Of a DNA stretch of 64,000 nt, positions 40,971-50,113 are shown piece by piece. Source of the DNA: Candidatus Zhuqueibacterota bacterium (lineage in GTDB: Bacteria > Zhuqueibacterota > Zhuqueibacteria > Oceanimicrobiales > Oceanimicrobiaceae); assembly GCA_029262035.1 (NCBI GenBank), contig JAJDAE010000296.1, positions 182-64,181 of the forward strand, given 5' to 3'. The notes under the pieces were generated by a model. The model ran no database searches. It had not been told where the DNA came from and saw nothing but the letters and a program-made list of their open reading frames with translations. A program made the translations under genes and the position numbers. The first letter of the stretch is position 1. Each line of letters starts with the position of its first letter.

Positions 40971-41884
40971 CTAAAGTTTTAAAGAACCTACTATCTCTGA
41001 AATGGCATCAATACCATTTCCATTACAATAATCGTTTAATCCACCTACCATTTTTTCACCGGTAGAGGGATCTATAAAATTAGCAGTTCCAACTTGAACT
41101 GCACAAGCGCCTGTTATAAAGAATTCAAGCGCATCATTCAAATTCATGATTCCACCTATGCCGACTACCGGAATATCCACATTTTGTACCACCTCAAACA
41201 CTTTGGCGAGCGCTACCGGCTTAACTGCCGGACCTGAGTAACCAGCCGTTACCGTATGTACCTGTGGCTTCCTGGTTTGGGTATTAACTGCCATCCCTAC
41301 CAAAGTATTGATTAAAGAAACTGCGTCAGCCCCTCCATCTTTTGCTGCCTGCGCAATCTCGCTAACCCTTGTAATGTTCGGGGTTAATTTTGCAATGAGC
41401 GGTTTTTCGGTAATGTCCCGGAGCATTCTTGTAACTTGCTGCGTTACTTTCGGATCCTGGCTAAACGCCAATCCGCCTTGCTTTACATTCGGGCATGAAA
41501 AGTTAAGTTCATAAGCGCTAATGCTATCATGTTCATCAAGTTTTTCGATGACCTGAAGATACTCTTCAGGTGTACTGCCCGCAACATTGGCAATTATTGC
41601 TGTGGACAGTTCGGACAAAAATGGCAGCTTTTCTGAGATAAAAGTATCCACTCCCACGTTAGCCAACCCGATGGAATTTAACATGCCCGCAGGCAATTCA
41701 AAAATACGCGGTGGCGGGTTGCCGTCTCTCCGCTTTAAAGTGACAGACTTGGTAACAATACCGCCCAAGGCGTTTAAGTCAGTTAAAGCGCGGCTTTCCT
41801 GACCATAACCGAAAGTTCCCGACGCTACAAGCACCGGATTTTTCAGCTTCAATTTACCAATGGAAACCGACAGATCAGCCAACG
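40971..41884 (-). CDS. pyrD: Dihydroorotate dehydrogenase (class 1B) catalytic subunit
   Basis: The sequence LKLKNPVLVASGTFGYGQE...GGIVTKSVT...NSIGLAN matches PyrD. I place the start at the TTG at 41884, which has a GGGAGGTG RBS, to avoid a 47-nt overlap with pyrK. The longest ORF reaches 41921. Confidence 0.8.
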
Positions 41885-42696
41885 AGCAGCACCTCCCGGC
41901 TATCAAATACAGGACCGTCAATACAAGTCAATTTGTACTTTCTCTCACCTTCGGCATAATCTTGCACTTCAACGGGACAGCCAACACAGATGCCAAAACC
42001 GCATCCCATCACTGATTCAACAGAAATCTGGCCTTCAACATCGAATTCAGAGGAGATATCTACCATTCTCTTCAAAAATACCTCGGGGCCGCAACTAAAA
42101 AGTACAGGGGGAACAGAACTCTTTGAGGCAAGTTTTTCAATTAATGGTTTTGTTACGTACCCTTGAATGCCAGCGCTGCCGTCTTCCGTACATTGAATAA
42201 TGTTGATATCAAAATCGTTGAACAGTTCGGCCATGGCGAGATCAGCTTTTGTACGCACGCCAACATAAACAGCAATATTGGCAGAAGATTTCTCTAAAAT
42301 ATCCTGGCACAAAAAAGGGAGGGGTGCTATGCCAAGTCCGCCTCCCACAAGAATTGCAGATTCAATTCCAGACTTTATATGAAACCCGTGCCCGAGAGGA
42401 CCAATTATATTGATAACATCATCAACTTTATAACCCGCCATAAGAGTCGTTCCCCGTCCAACAATTTGCCACAGAACCTCAAACCAGCCTTCTGCTTTAT
42501 CTACCTTGCAAATACTAAACGGACGCCTGAGCAGAGGTGAAAGTTCATTACTTACCTTTATATTTACAAATTGTCCGGAACTGGAATTTTGAGCAATATC
42601 AGGGCAATGAAGTCTTGTCAGGTAAATACTATTTTCACTAAGCCTTTTGTTGCTCAGAACGATACAATCATGACTTTTGGGGGGAGAGCATATCAT
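41875..42696 (-). CDS. pyrK: Dihydroorotate dehydrogenase electron-transfer subunit (FAD/NAD and 2Fe-2S)
   Basis: It has the flavin reductase fold and the C-terminal Cys cluster CGFGICVGCPV typical of PyrK. Confidence 0.8.
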   Translation of the reverse strand: MICSPPKSHDCIVLSNKRLSENSIYLTRLHCPDIAQNSSSGQFVNIKVSNELSPLLRRPFSICKVDKAEGWFEVLWQIVGRGTTLMAGYKVDDVINIIGPLGHGFHIKSGIESAILVGGGLGIAPLPFLCQDILEKSSANIAVYVGVRTKADLAMAELFNDFDINIIQCTEDGSAGIQGYVTKPLIEKLASKSSVPPVLFSCGPEVFLKRMVDISSEFDVEGQISVESVMGCGFGICVGCPVEVQDYAEGERKYKLTCIDGPVFDSREVLLVG

Positions 42697-42703
42697 GATT
42701 TTG

Positions 42704-44797
42704 TTAATTTCTCTTTGTCCTCAAACTACTTGGCCGGCGATCTCTCCTGGCCTCATTCTGTCGAAGACCATCGTTGTAGCCCCCGAGATCTTCACTTTTC
42801 GTTTCTATAGGTGCACGATCAATATCTTTATCTTTAGTATCAGCTACCACAGAATCACCCTGTACAACTGCTTCAGTCAAACCATCGATTGGAATAGCAG
42901 ATTCCGATTCAGTTGGCTCTTCTTCTTTGGCTATAATTTCTTTAGCTTCTATTTTCTTTTTCAGAGGTCCGGTAAACTCAGAACCAGGGTAAGTTTCGAC
43001 AAATTCATCATATAACTGACGTGCCTTTGTATAATTGGCAGTGTATTTTTCGTGAATCCACCCCATCGCGTACAATGCTTTGGGGGCAAAATCAGATTCA
43101 GGGAATGTTTCCATTACCCGCGCATATTCCCTGAGTGCCTTGTTTATATTTTTTTGTTTAAACAAAGAAGATTCAGCGCGTTTAAAAAGTTCAGCGGCAG
43201 GTTCAACAGAGCTGCCGTCATCAATCTCCAGTTTTTTCCTAGCCGCAGCAGCTTGTTCAGAGTCAGGATATTTTAAAATAACCTGATATAATAATGAATC
43301 TGTTCTGAATTTATCCTGAAACATGTGCTCATTAATATAAGCAGTTGAATACAACGCTTTGGCTGCATAAGGGTGTTCGGGAAACAATTCCAGAACCTCA
43401 CCATACTCGTATAAAGCAGAATCAATTTGATTAAACTGAAACAGATATATTTCAGCGAGCTGTAATTTGTTTTTTATTAACCGGGTCAACTTATCTTCTT
43501 TGGGCTTCCCGATCTCATCGCCAGCATTGTCATCGCTTAATAATCCGCTGGTCCGTTTTAATTCAATCAGCCTCAACTCCGGATGGTTGCCATGTTCAAG
43601 TAAAAGCAACTCCAACTCGGTTAATACTCTTTGTACACTACCGGATTCAATTAATTGCTGTCCAAGAGCTTTCTTTACTTCATTTCCAAATTTGATTAAA
43701 TCACCCAATGCTTCTGCACGACTATTTGCATCAGCTACAAATTCGGAGCGATTAAATTCGCTCCTAACTTTTCCATAGCTTTCTTTAGCTCCGGCAAAAT
43801 CGTTTAATTCATGCTCTTTTATCTCACCTGTCCTAAAATAGGCTTCCGCAGACACAGCTGTTCTTTTGTTTTGTAGAATCACAAGTTCATAATTTTCGAT
43901 TGCATCAAAAAGTTTGCTTTTAAAATAAGCTTGATCCTTTTTACTTTTACCTTCGAAAGTCTTGCCTTCCTTATAAACGATATCCGCAATTTCCAGCTGA
44001 ACATATCCATGTTGCTTTTTAAATAAATCGTTATCTAGAAGTTCATTACAAATGCGAGCAGCTTTTTTAAAATCACCAGACAGCTTAAGCGCTTTTGCAT
44101 AATTTAGCCAGGAATCAAATTCAAATTTTTGATTCGGGCTTTTCTTAATGGCCTTTGTAAAATTATCAGCCGCATCATCATATTTTTCAATCAAAATTTG
44201 TGTTTGACCAAGTTGAAAATAACTTGTTGCCGTTAACAGATCATCTTCACCAATTTCAGCTGATTGTAAAAATTCCGCTTCTGCATCTACATAGTTTTCT
44301 ATATGGAGGTGAATCTCGCCGGAAATAAATTTTGCTTCCTGTCTGATTTTTTTGTCCAGCTTTTCTCTATTAGACAATTCACTGAGAATTAATCTTGCTG
44401 AGGGATAATCTTTAAATTCAATATATGTTTTTGCAAGCCAAACTTTGGCTCGATAAAAATACTCACTCTCCGGGAAATATTGTATTAACTCCTGGAATTT
44501 ACGTTGTGCTTTTATGTAATCCTGCTTGTAGTAAAAGCATTCACCCAAAATCATCACCGCATCATCGACGTATTTACTATTTGGATAAAGTTCCAACACT
44601 TTGGACGCTTTTTCTATTGCATCATCATATTTCTTTTTTTCACTGGAGGTTGGAATATCAGTTGTTCTTTTTTCTCTTTCCTTCTCTGCTTCCTTGTAAA
44701 GTTTTTTGGTATTGTAGAATGTATTATAATAAGCACACGACGAGAATGAAAAAAACAGAAGGGAGAACACAACAAACTTTTGGAAAAAATGCATCAT
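42704..44797 (-). CDS. TPR-repeat lipoprotein, possibly SprE/PorW-like
   Basis: It has a lipobox (FSFSSC) and more than 10 TPR-like repeats. The C-terminal tail is acidic and low-complexity. Confidence 0.55.
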   Translation of the reverse strand: MMHFFQKFVVFSLLFFSFSSCAYYNTFYNTKKLYKEAEKEREKRTTDIPTSSEKKKYDDAIEKASKVLELYPNSKYVDDAVMILGECFYYKQDYIKAQRKFQELIQYFPESEYFYRAKVWLAKTYIEFKDYPSARLILSELSNREKLDKKIRQEAKFISGEIHLHIENYVDAEAEFLQSAEIGEDDLLTATSYFQLGQTQILIEKYDDAADNFTKAIKKSPNQKFEFDSWLNYAKALKLSGDFKKAARICNELLDNDLFKKQHGYVQLEIADIVYKEGKTFEGKSKKDQAYFKSKLFDAIENYELVILQNKRTAVSAEAYFRTGEIKEHELNDFAGAKESYGKVRSEFNRSEFVADANSRAEALGDLIKFGNEVKKALGQQLIESGSVQRVLTELELLLLEHGNHPELRLIELKRTSGLLSDDNAGDEIGKPKEDKLTRLIKNKLQLAEIYLFQFNQIDSALYEYGEVLELFPEHPYAAKALYSTAYINEHMFQDKFRTDSLLYQVILKYPDSEQAAAARKKLEIDDGSSVEPAAELFKRAESSLFKQKNINKALREYARVMETFPESDFAPKALYAMGWIHEKYTANYTKARQLYDEFVETYPGSEFTGPLKKKIEAKEIIAKEEEPTESESAIPIDGLTEAVVQGDSVVADTKDKDIDRAPIETKSEDLGGYNDGLRQNEARRDRRPSSLRTKRN

Positions 44798-44919
44798 TAT
44801 ATTATAAAATAGTTATTTAAATTTTTAATTCAAATTGTACGTAATTTCTAAATCTGAGAACTGTCTAAATGTGCAAAATATAGTTTACAAAAGCCAGAAA
44901 AATTAACTTGCATCGAAGC

Positions 44920-47217
44920 TTAACGGCTGTTACCAAAACTCTTCAACGCTTGTAAACGTTCTTGAGATTTCTGAATATATTCAACGGCGCCGTCATGTTT
45001 TGGTTCATATTTCAACACCAAGTTGAGTTCTTTTATTGCATCCTCGTAGTTATCCTCGGTATAAAATTTAATCCCCTTATTAAAATGGTTGTCAGCAATT
45101 TTCTCGATTTGCTTTTTTGCAGCGGCATACTCAGATACAGCTTTTTTGTTGTTCGGATTTTGCCCCACTAATGTTTTCAATAAATTATAAGCCTCAAAAT
45201 AATCCCCATCACGCCCCATTTGAAGTGCAAGCTGAATTCGATCATCAAAGCTATTTAATTCGTTAACTCGTAGAACACCTTTTAGTGCGGCATCGTGGTC
45301 GGGGAGGAATTGCAGCGCTTTGTTAAATTGAGATTTCGCAGCCTTGTATTCCTCAATTGCCATAAGGCTATCCCCTCTTTGCACGTATGCATTTACAAGT
45401 CGACTTCTCTCTCTTCTAACTTTAATTAGGTTATTTTTTGCGTTGGTGTGATTTGGAGCAACTGTTAAAATAGTATTGAGCAGAGTAATGGCCTTATTAA
45501 TACTTCCATTTTTAAAATGTTTAACCGCCTCACTATTTTGTTGATTTAAAAATTCATCCACTTTGGGTCTAATTTCAATTAATTTGTTTCTCGCTCGTAA
45601 ATTACTAGGATCCTGGTTTAATACACGCTGGTAAAGATTTGCAGCATTATTGAATCTTCCCTTTTTCTCTAAACCCTCAGCTCTTTCAAGAAGACCAACC
45701 AACTCAGATTTCTCAACTTTGGCTACTTCATAAATCCGCTTCAGATATTTCTGAGCATCTTTATGGTCTGGATCATGCTCAAGCGCCAGATCGATTTCTG
45801 ACTTTGCCATTTGATACTTTTTTTGATTAAAGGATGCCACCGCTTGGTTAAAATATCGATCGCCAAGTTCAACCAACGATTTGTTGATTGAGGTGATATA
45901 TTCGTTGGTCTCGGCATCAAGCTTCTCAAACACCAAAACCCGTGTGAACATGCGTTTGGCTTCCAGGTACGCACGCGTTCCGAATCTTAATTTACCTTCA
46001 GCTTTTGAATCATTAATAAATTTATCAATCGCTGGTTGTAAAACCAAAAGCTTACTTTTTGCATCTGCATTTCCCGGTTCAATTTCAAGAACTCTTCTTA
46101 GCACTAAAGCCGCACGAAGAAATTTGGGAGCATCCCCGGACAACATCCTTTTTACCTGAGTAAGCATCGAATCGACAATACCCTTGTTTTTTGCAACTCT
46201 TCGGTCGAGTGCATAAATCAGTTGCCGCAATGAGTCCCGATTTGTAGATTCATAATCGTAAGAAAGATATTTTTTAAAGTTTTCGCTTGCTGCTTCGAAG
46301 TGACGCTTTGACAAATATCTATTAGCCCTGTTTAAATACGATATCGACGAACGAGTCGGAGATCTGCCAATTCTTAAAAGAGCAGTCATCAAAAATTTAT
46401 CAAATTCAGTGCTATAGGTCAGCTGAACTGAGAAATTATCATAAGTGTAGCTCAAACCGGCACCAAATTTTTCGGCATCAAAATCTTCAATTCCTGTAGA
46501 TAAAACAAACTGTCTGGTAAGTTGACAACCCAGCCCTACATGCGCTGTATTCTTTCCTTCATTAAAATGGTAGCCAGTGTTTAATAGCAAGCCCTGGCTT
46601 GGGAATATGTACCCAAGGCCAAGCAAAGCAGATGTCTTGAAAAAACTACCTGAAATAGGTACATTTTGAATAGTCATGCCGAAAGAAATTCTATCCATTT
46701 TATTTTCAACTGAACCACCACGCCAAGGATACTCAGGAGTGCCAATGGCGGGATTTCCTATAAAAAAACCGAATCGTGAAGCAGCAATCAATTCTTTATC
46801 TTTTTTTTGAATATTTAAACCGGCGCCAAGGGATAGGAAATTAGTCAGCTTTCGGCCATAGGAAAAACTCCCGGATTCCACGGTAGTATCAAGAATAGTG
46901 GGGATACGAGCAAGGCTAAACCCAAAAGTGCCATAAAGCGGGATGTATTGAGAGAAACCCAAAAAGCTGTATTCAAACAGACTTTCCATACTTACTGAAA
47001 GCGCTCGATCTTTCAGGCCTGCCATTAAAGCAGGGTTCCAATAAATCGCAACAGGATCGTGAGCCTGCGTTACTAGAGAACCGCCCAGGCTAACTGAACG
47101 CGCATCCGGTTTGAAAGTATTCCCAATTGTTTGTGAATACAAGGCTGAACTATTTAATATTTGTAAATAAGCTAAAAAAAGGAGGGTTGTTGTTTTAAAG
47201 AATGACATAAAACGCAA
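44920..47217 (-). CDS. Fusion protein: an N-terminal PorV/PorQ-like outer-membrane beta-barrel joined to a C-terminal TPR-repeat domain
   Basis: It has a signal peptide. The N-terminal roughly 290 aa carry the same motif family as the 30129 protein (LGGSLVTQAHDPVAIYWNPALMAGL) and have beta-strand character. The C-terminal roughly 470 aa are TPR repeats. Confidence 0.5.
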   Translation of the reverse strand: MRFMSFFKTTTLLFLAYLQILNSSALYSQTIGNTFKPDARSVSLGGSLVTQAHDPVAIYWNPALMAGLKDRALSVSMESLFEYSFLGFSQYIPLYGTFGFSLARIPTILDTTVESGSFSYGRKLTNFLSLGAGLNIQKKDKELIAASRFGFFIGNPAIGTPEYPWRGGSVENKMDRISFGMTIQNVPISGSFFKTSALLGLGYIFPSQGLLLNTGYHFNEGKNTAHVGLGCQLTRQFVLSTGIEDFDAEKFGAGLSYTYDNFSVQLTYSTEFDKFLMTALLRIGRSPTRSSISYLNRANRYLSKRHFEAASENFKKYLSYDYESTNRDSLRQLIYALDRRVAKNKGIVDSMLTQVKRMLSGDAPKFLRAALVLRRVLEIEPGNADAKSKLLVLQPAIDKFINDSKAEGKLRFGTRAYLEAKRMFTRVLVFEKLDAETNEYITSINKSLVELGDRYFNQAVASFNQKKYQMAKSEIDLALEHDPDHKDAQKYLKRIYEVAKVEKSELVGLLERAEGLEKKGRFNNAANLYQRVLNQDPSNLRARNKLIEIRPKVDEFLNQQNSEAVKHFKNGSINKAITLLNTILTVAPNHTNAKNNLIKVRRERSRLVNAYVQRGDSLMAIEEYKAAKSQFNKALQFLPDHDAALKGVLRVNELNSFDDRIQLALQMGRDGDYFEAYNLLKTLVGQNPNNKKAVSEYAAAKKQIEKIADNHFNKGIKFYTEDNYEDAIKELNLVLKYEPKHDGAVEYIQKSQERLQALKSFGNSR

Positions 47218-47246
47218 ATTACCATTGTACGATCATTGTTGTATTT

Positions 47247-48722
47247 TTATATTATAATATCAAGGTCATAATCAACTTCACATATTTCAATTGCTTGCTT
47301 TCTTCCTTTCACAGAGATTGATTTCTGCCTTGAAGTTGGATACGATCCATTTACCCTTTTCGCAACTTCGTAAGAAGTAATAATTTGGCCAGCCGTTGCG
47401 ACTCCGCACAAGCGAGCAGCAACATTGACAACATCACCAATTACAGTATAATCCATTCTATCAGAAGACCCCATATTTCCCATAACCGCAGCCCCGGAAT
47501 TTATTCCGACTCCCATTTCAAGCATAATTTTGTTCTGGGCTTGTCGTTCCTGGTTTATTATTTTTACTTGTTTTTGAATTTCAACCGCTGCACGCAGAGC
47601 ATTATCAGCCATATTTTTGCCCTGAAAAATAGCCATGATCTGGTCGCCCATAAATTTATCAACCACTCCTTTGTGCCGCTCAACAATTCGGGTTTGGATA
47701 TCAAAATATACGTTAATTAATTTAACAATTTCTCCGGGGTCAAGATTCTCTGCTACAGAAGAAAAACTGCGCACATCCGAAAAAAGAACGACAACACTTC
47801 TCTTAATAGCTCCCTTATTTTGATTGAAGTCCTGCCCGGAGTCTTTGATCATATCCACAGTTAATTTAGAAACAAACTTCTGCATTTGCATCTTTTCTCG
47901 AAGCAGTTGGATCATATTGTTAAATTCAGTCGCTAAAAGACCAAGCTCATCGTTTGAACCTGGTAAAATTTCAACATTTAAATTGCCCCGGCCAACTTGA
48001 CGCGCCCCTTCAGAAAGCAGTTGTATTTGTTTTGCCATTTTTCGAGCAATTAAGTTAATAAAAATCAAAGCAAATATGACAATTACTATGGTCGCTACAA
48101 CAGCTATTTTCCGTGCCCGAATGGTTGGCGCCAGAATATCTTCCTTAACAAAACTAATATATGCAACTCCCAATTTAACGCTTTCGAGACGATCATTTTT
48201 GCGAGATTTTTGGATAATTGGTTTAGAGAATATAAACTCTGTCTTTGTTTCACTTTTCCTAAATACATTACTTTCTAAAAATTGAAAGTAAACTGCAGCA
48301 CTGTCTTCGGGGATAAACTCTCCATCTGCATCAACTCCAATCACTCGTCTCGGGTTGCTACTAATTATCGCAACCTTATTCAGTCCCTGGATTGCATTAT
48401 TTTTTAATGTATGTACTGCTTCAGGAATTTGTTCAGTCTTTTTCAAAAGCAATCCATCTTTAGCCGCATCAGATAAAGTTTCAATTAAAACTTTACAAAC
48501 CTGATCCATTCGGTCCATTAAGGTATCTTCTTGATTTTTGATAACAAACAGGCTAAATGAAAAAATTACTGAAACCACAATAGTTCCAATAATTACCATT
48601 AGTTTCAGTCGGATGGGTAAATACTGAAATCTGGCCACACCTCTATTCCATGCCGAAACAGCCAAACCGCTCGTAGCTGATTGTGGCGTTATAGTATTTT
48701 TATTTGTTCTTTTTTGACTCAT
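47247..48722 (-). CDS. Membrane-bound class III adenylate/guanylate cyclase with a HAMP domain
   Basis: It has an N-terminal transmembrane segment, a periplasmic sensor and a HAMP domain. The CHD carries the metal-binding motifs (VLFSDVRSFS ... FMGDQIMAIF). Confidence 0.75.
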   Translation of the reverse strand: MSQKRTNKNTITPQSATSGLAVSAWNRGVARFQYLPIRLKLMVIIGTIVVSVIFSFSLFVIKNQEDTLMDRMDQVCKVLIETLSDAAKDGLLLKKTEQIPEAVHTLKNNAIQGLNKVAIISSNPRRVIGVDADGEFIPEDSAAVYFQFLESNVFRKSETKTEFIFSKPIIQKSRKNDRLESVKLGVAYISFVKEDILAPTIRARKIAVVATIVIVIFALIFINLIARKMAKQIQLLSEGARQVGRGNLNVEILPGSNDELGLLATEFNNMIQLLREKMQMQKFVSKLTVDMIKDSGQDFNQNKGAIKRSVVVLFSDVRSFSSVAENLDPGEIVKLINVYFDIQTRIVERHKGVVDKFMGDQIMAIFQGKNMADNALRAAVEIQKQVKIINQERQAQNKIMLEMGVGINSGAAVMGNMGSSDRMDYTVIGDVVNVAARLCGVATAGQIITSYEVAKRVNGSYPTSRQKSISVKGRKQAIEICEVDYDLDIII

Positions 48723-48745
48723 CCAGTCATCTTAACCACTAAAAG

Positions 48746-49153
48746 TTAATCCTCATTAGGTACAACTTCTATTTTAATTTTTTCCAGTTCAGAAGTTGAT
48801 AAATCTCTATCGACCAAGCGCATAAAATAAAACAACATGGCACTTGATAATAAAACCAGGACAATCATGCTTCTTGTTGATCTTTTTCCAAACGTTATAT
48901 TTGTTCTTATTCTCCGAAACTGAATGCGGGAACCATCCTCTTCCAGCTCGGTGCTTTTCTTCTCCTTATAGTAGAAAGGAGTAAACCCGAAACTGCGCGG
49001 CTTGCGCTTAACAAATAGGTCGCGTATTAACATAAGTGTTTCTTTGGTTAAAAATAATGTGACGTTTAACGAATCTGGACGAATTATTTCCAGAATCTTT
49101 CGTAAAAGTGTAATTTTAAAAATAGCCAAATTGTGAATAAGAAGCAAGATCAT
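48746..49153 (-). CDS. Hypothetical small membrane protein; start uncertain
   Basis: A 135-aa ORF with one transmembrane helix (SMIVLVLLSSAMLFYF). It is co-oriented with and adjacent to the cyclase. I recognise no homology. Confidence 0.3.
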   Translation of the reverse strand: MILLLIHNLAIFKITLLRKILEIIRPDSLNVTLFLTKETLMLIRDLFVKRKPRSFGFTPFYYKEKKSTELEEDGSRIQFRRIRTNITFGKRSTRSMIVLVLLSSAMLFYFMRLVDRDLSTSELEKIKIEVVPNED

Positions 49154-49234
49154 AAACCAGGATTTTACAAATTTCGATTGACTCTGCTAACTCAAATTGA
49201 TACTTTTCGTGTCATATTAAAAAAAGAGGATTTT

Positions 49235-50020
49235 ATGGAAAACGCTACAATAGGTAGTATGTTCGAAAAATTGGTAGACATTATGTCGATACTTCGCGGT
49301 CCCAATGGGTGTCCCTGGGATAGAGAGCAAACACATAGCAGCTTACGGCAATATCTAATTGAGGAAACTTATGAGGTTTTAGAAGTTTTAGATGAAGAAA
49401 ACTATCCCGAATTATGTAATGAATTAGGAGATTTACTTCTTCAAATTGTATTCCACGCGCAGCTTGCGACAGAGAGCCAAAGATTTAATATTGCTGATAT
49501 AATTGAGGCGATTACGGAAAAATTGATTCGACGCCACCCAAATGTTTTCAGCGATGTAGAAATTAATACTGCCGAGGAACAATCCGTAAACTGGGAAAAA
49601 ATAAAGAAGTCAGAGGGAAAAAAATCTGTAATCGACGGTGTACCAAAGGCCATGTCTGCACTGCTGAGAGCAGGTAGAATTCAGCAGAAGGCAGCGACGG
49701 TTGGTTTTGATTGGCCCGATCAAAAACCAGTTTGGGACAAAGTTAACGAAGAGTTGGGCGAATTAGATGAAGCCCTTCAACAAAAAGATAAAACTCATAT
49801 TGAAGAAGAATTGGGTGATGTACTTTTTTCACTAGTAAATTTATCCAGGTTTCTGAATATCAATCCTGAAGATGCCTTAAGAAAAACTATCAATAAATTC
49901 AGCACAAGATTCCAAAAAGTGGAAGCACACTTTGAAGGAAAGGGGGAAAGTATGAGTGAAAAAAGTTTAGAGGAAATGGATGAAGTATGGGATAAAGTAA
50001 AACTGGAGGAGGCTATTTAA
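49235..50020 (+). CDS. mazG: Nucleoside triphosphate pyrophosphohydrolase MazG
   Basis: It has two MazG EE-type motifs (IEETYEVLEVL...ELGDLLLQIV and EELGELDEA...ELGDVLFSLV). I place the start at the ATG at 49235 (MENATIG). The track ORF starts upstream at a GTG. Confidence 0.8.
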   Translation: MENATIGSMFEKLVDIMSILRGPNGCPWDREQTHSSLRQYLIEETYEVLEVLDEENYPELCNELGDLLLQIVFHAQLATESQRFNIADIIEAITEKLIRRHPNVFSDVEINTAEEQSVNWEKIKKSEGKKSVIDGVPKAMSALLRAGRIQQKAATVGFDWPDQKPVWDKVNEELGELDEALQQKDKTHIEEELGDVLFSLVNLSRFLNINPEDALRKTINKFSTRFQKVEAHFEGKGESMSEKSLEEMDEVWDKVKLEEAI

Positions 50021-50113
50021 AGTGTGGAGAGAAGAGAGTTGAGCATTTCATTTTGATCGTCTGAAACGCTCATCGCCCTCCCCTCTTCGTTTACACACTC
50101 TGTTTCTGTAATA

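Noticed and set aside
41875-41921. Apparent 47-nt overlap between pyrD and pyrK
   Set aside because: The overlap is resolved by an in-frame TTG at 41884 preceded by a GGGAGGTG RBS. The longer ORF simply extends to an upstream start.
47247-49153. Possible Pycsar/CBASS-like cyclic-nucleotide defence pair (cyclase plus small transmembrane effector)
   Set aside because: The cyclase is a canonical signalling-type membrane adenylate cyclase with HAMP and a sensor domain. The small ORF has no cNMP-binding or effector domain.
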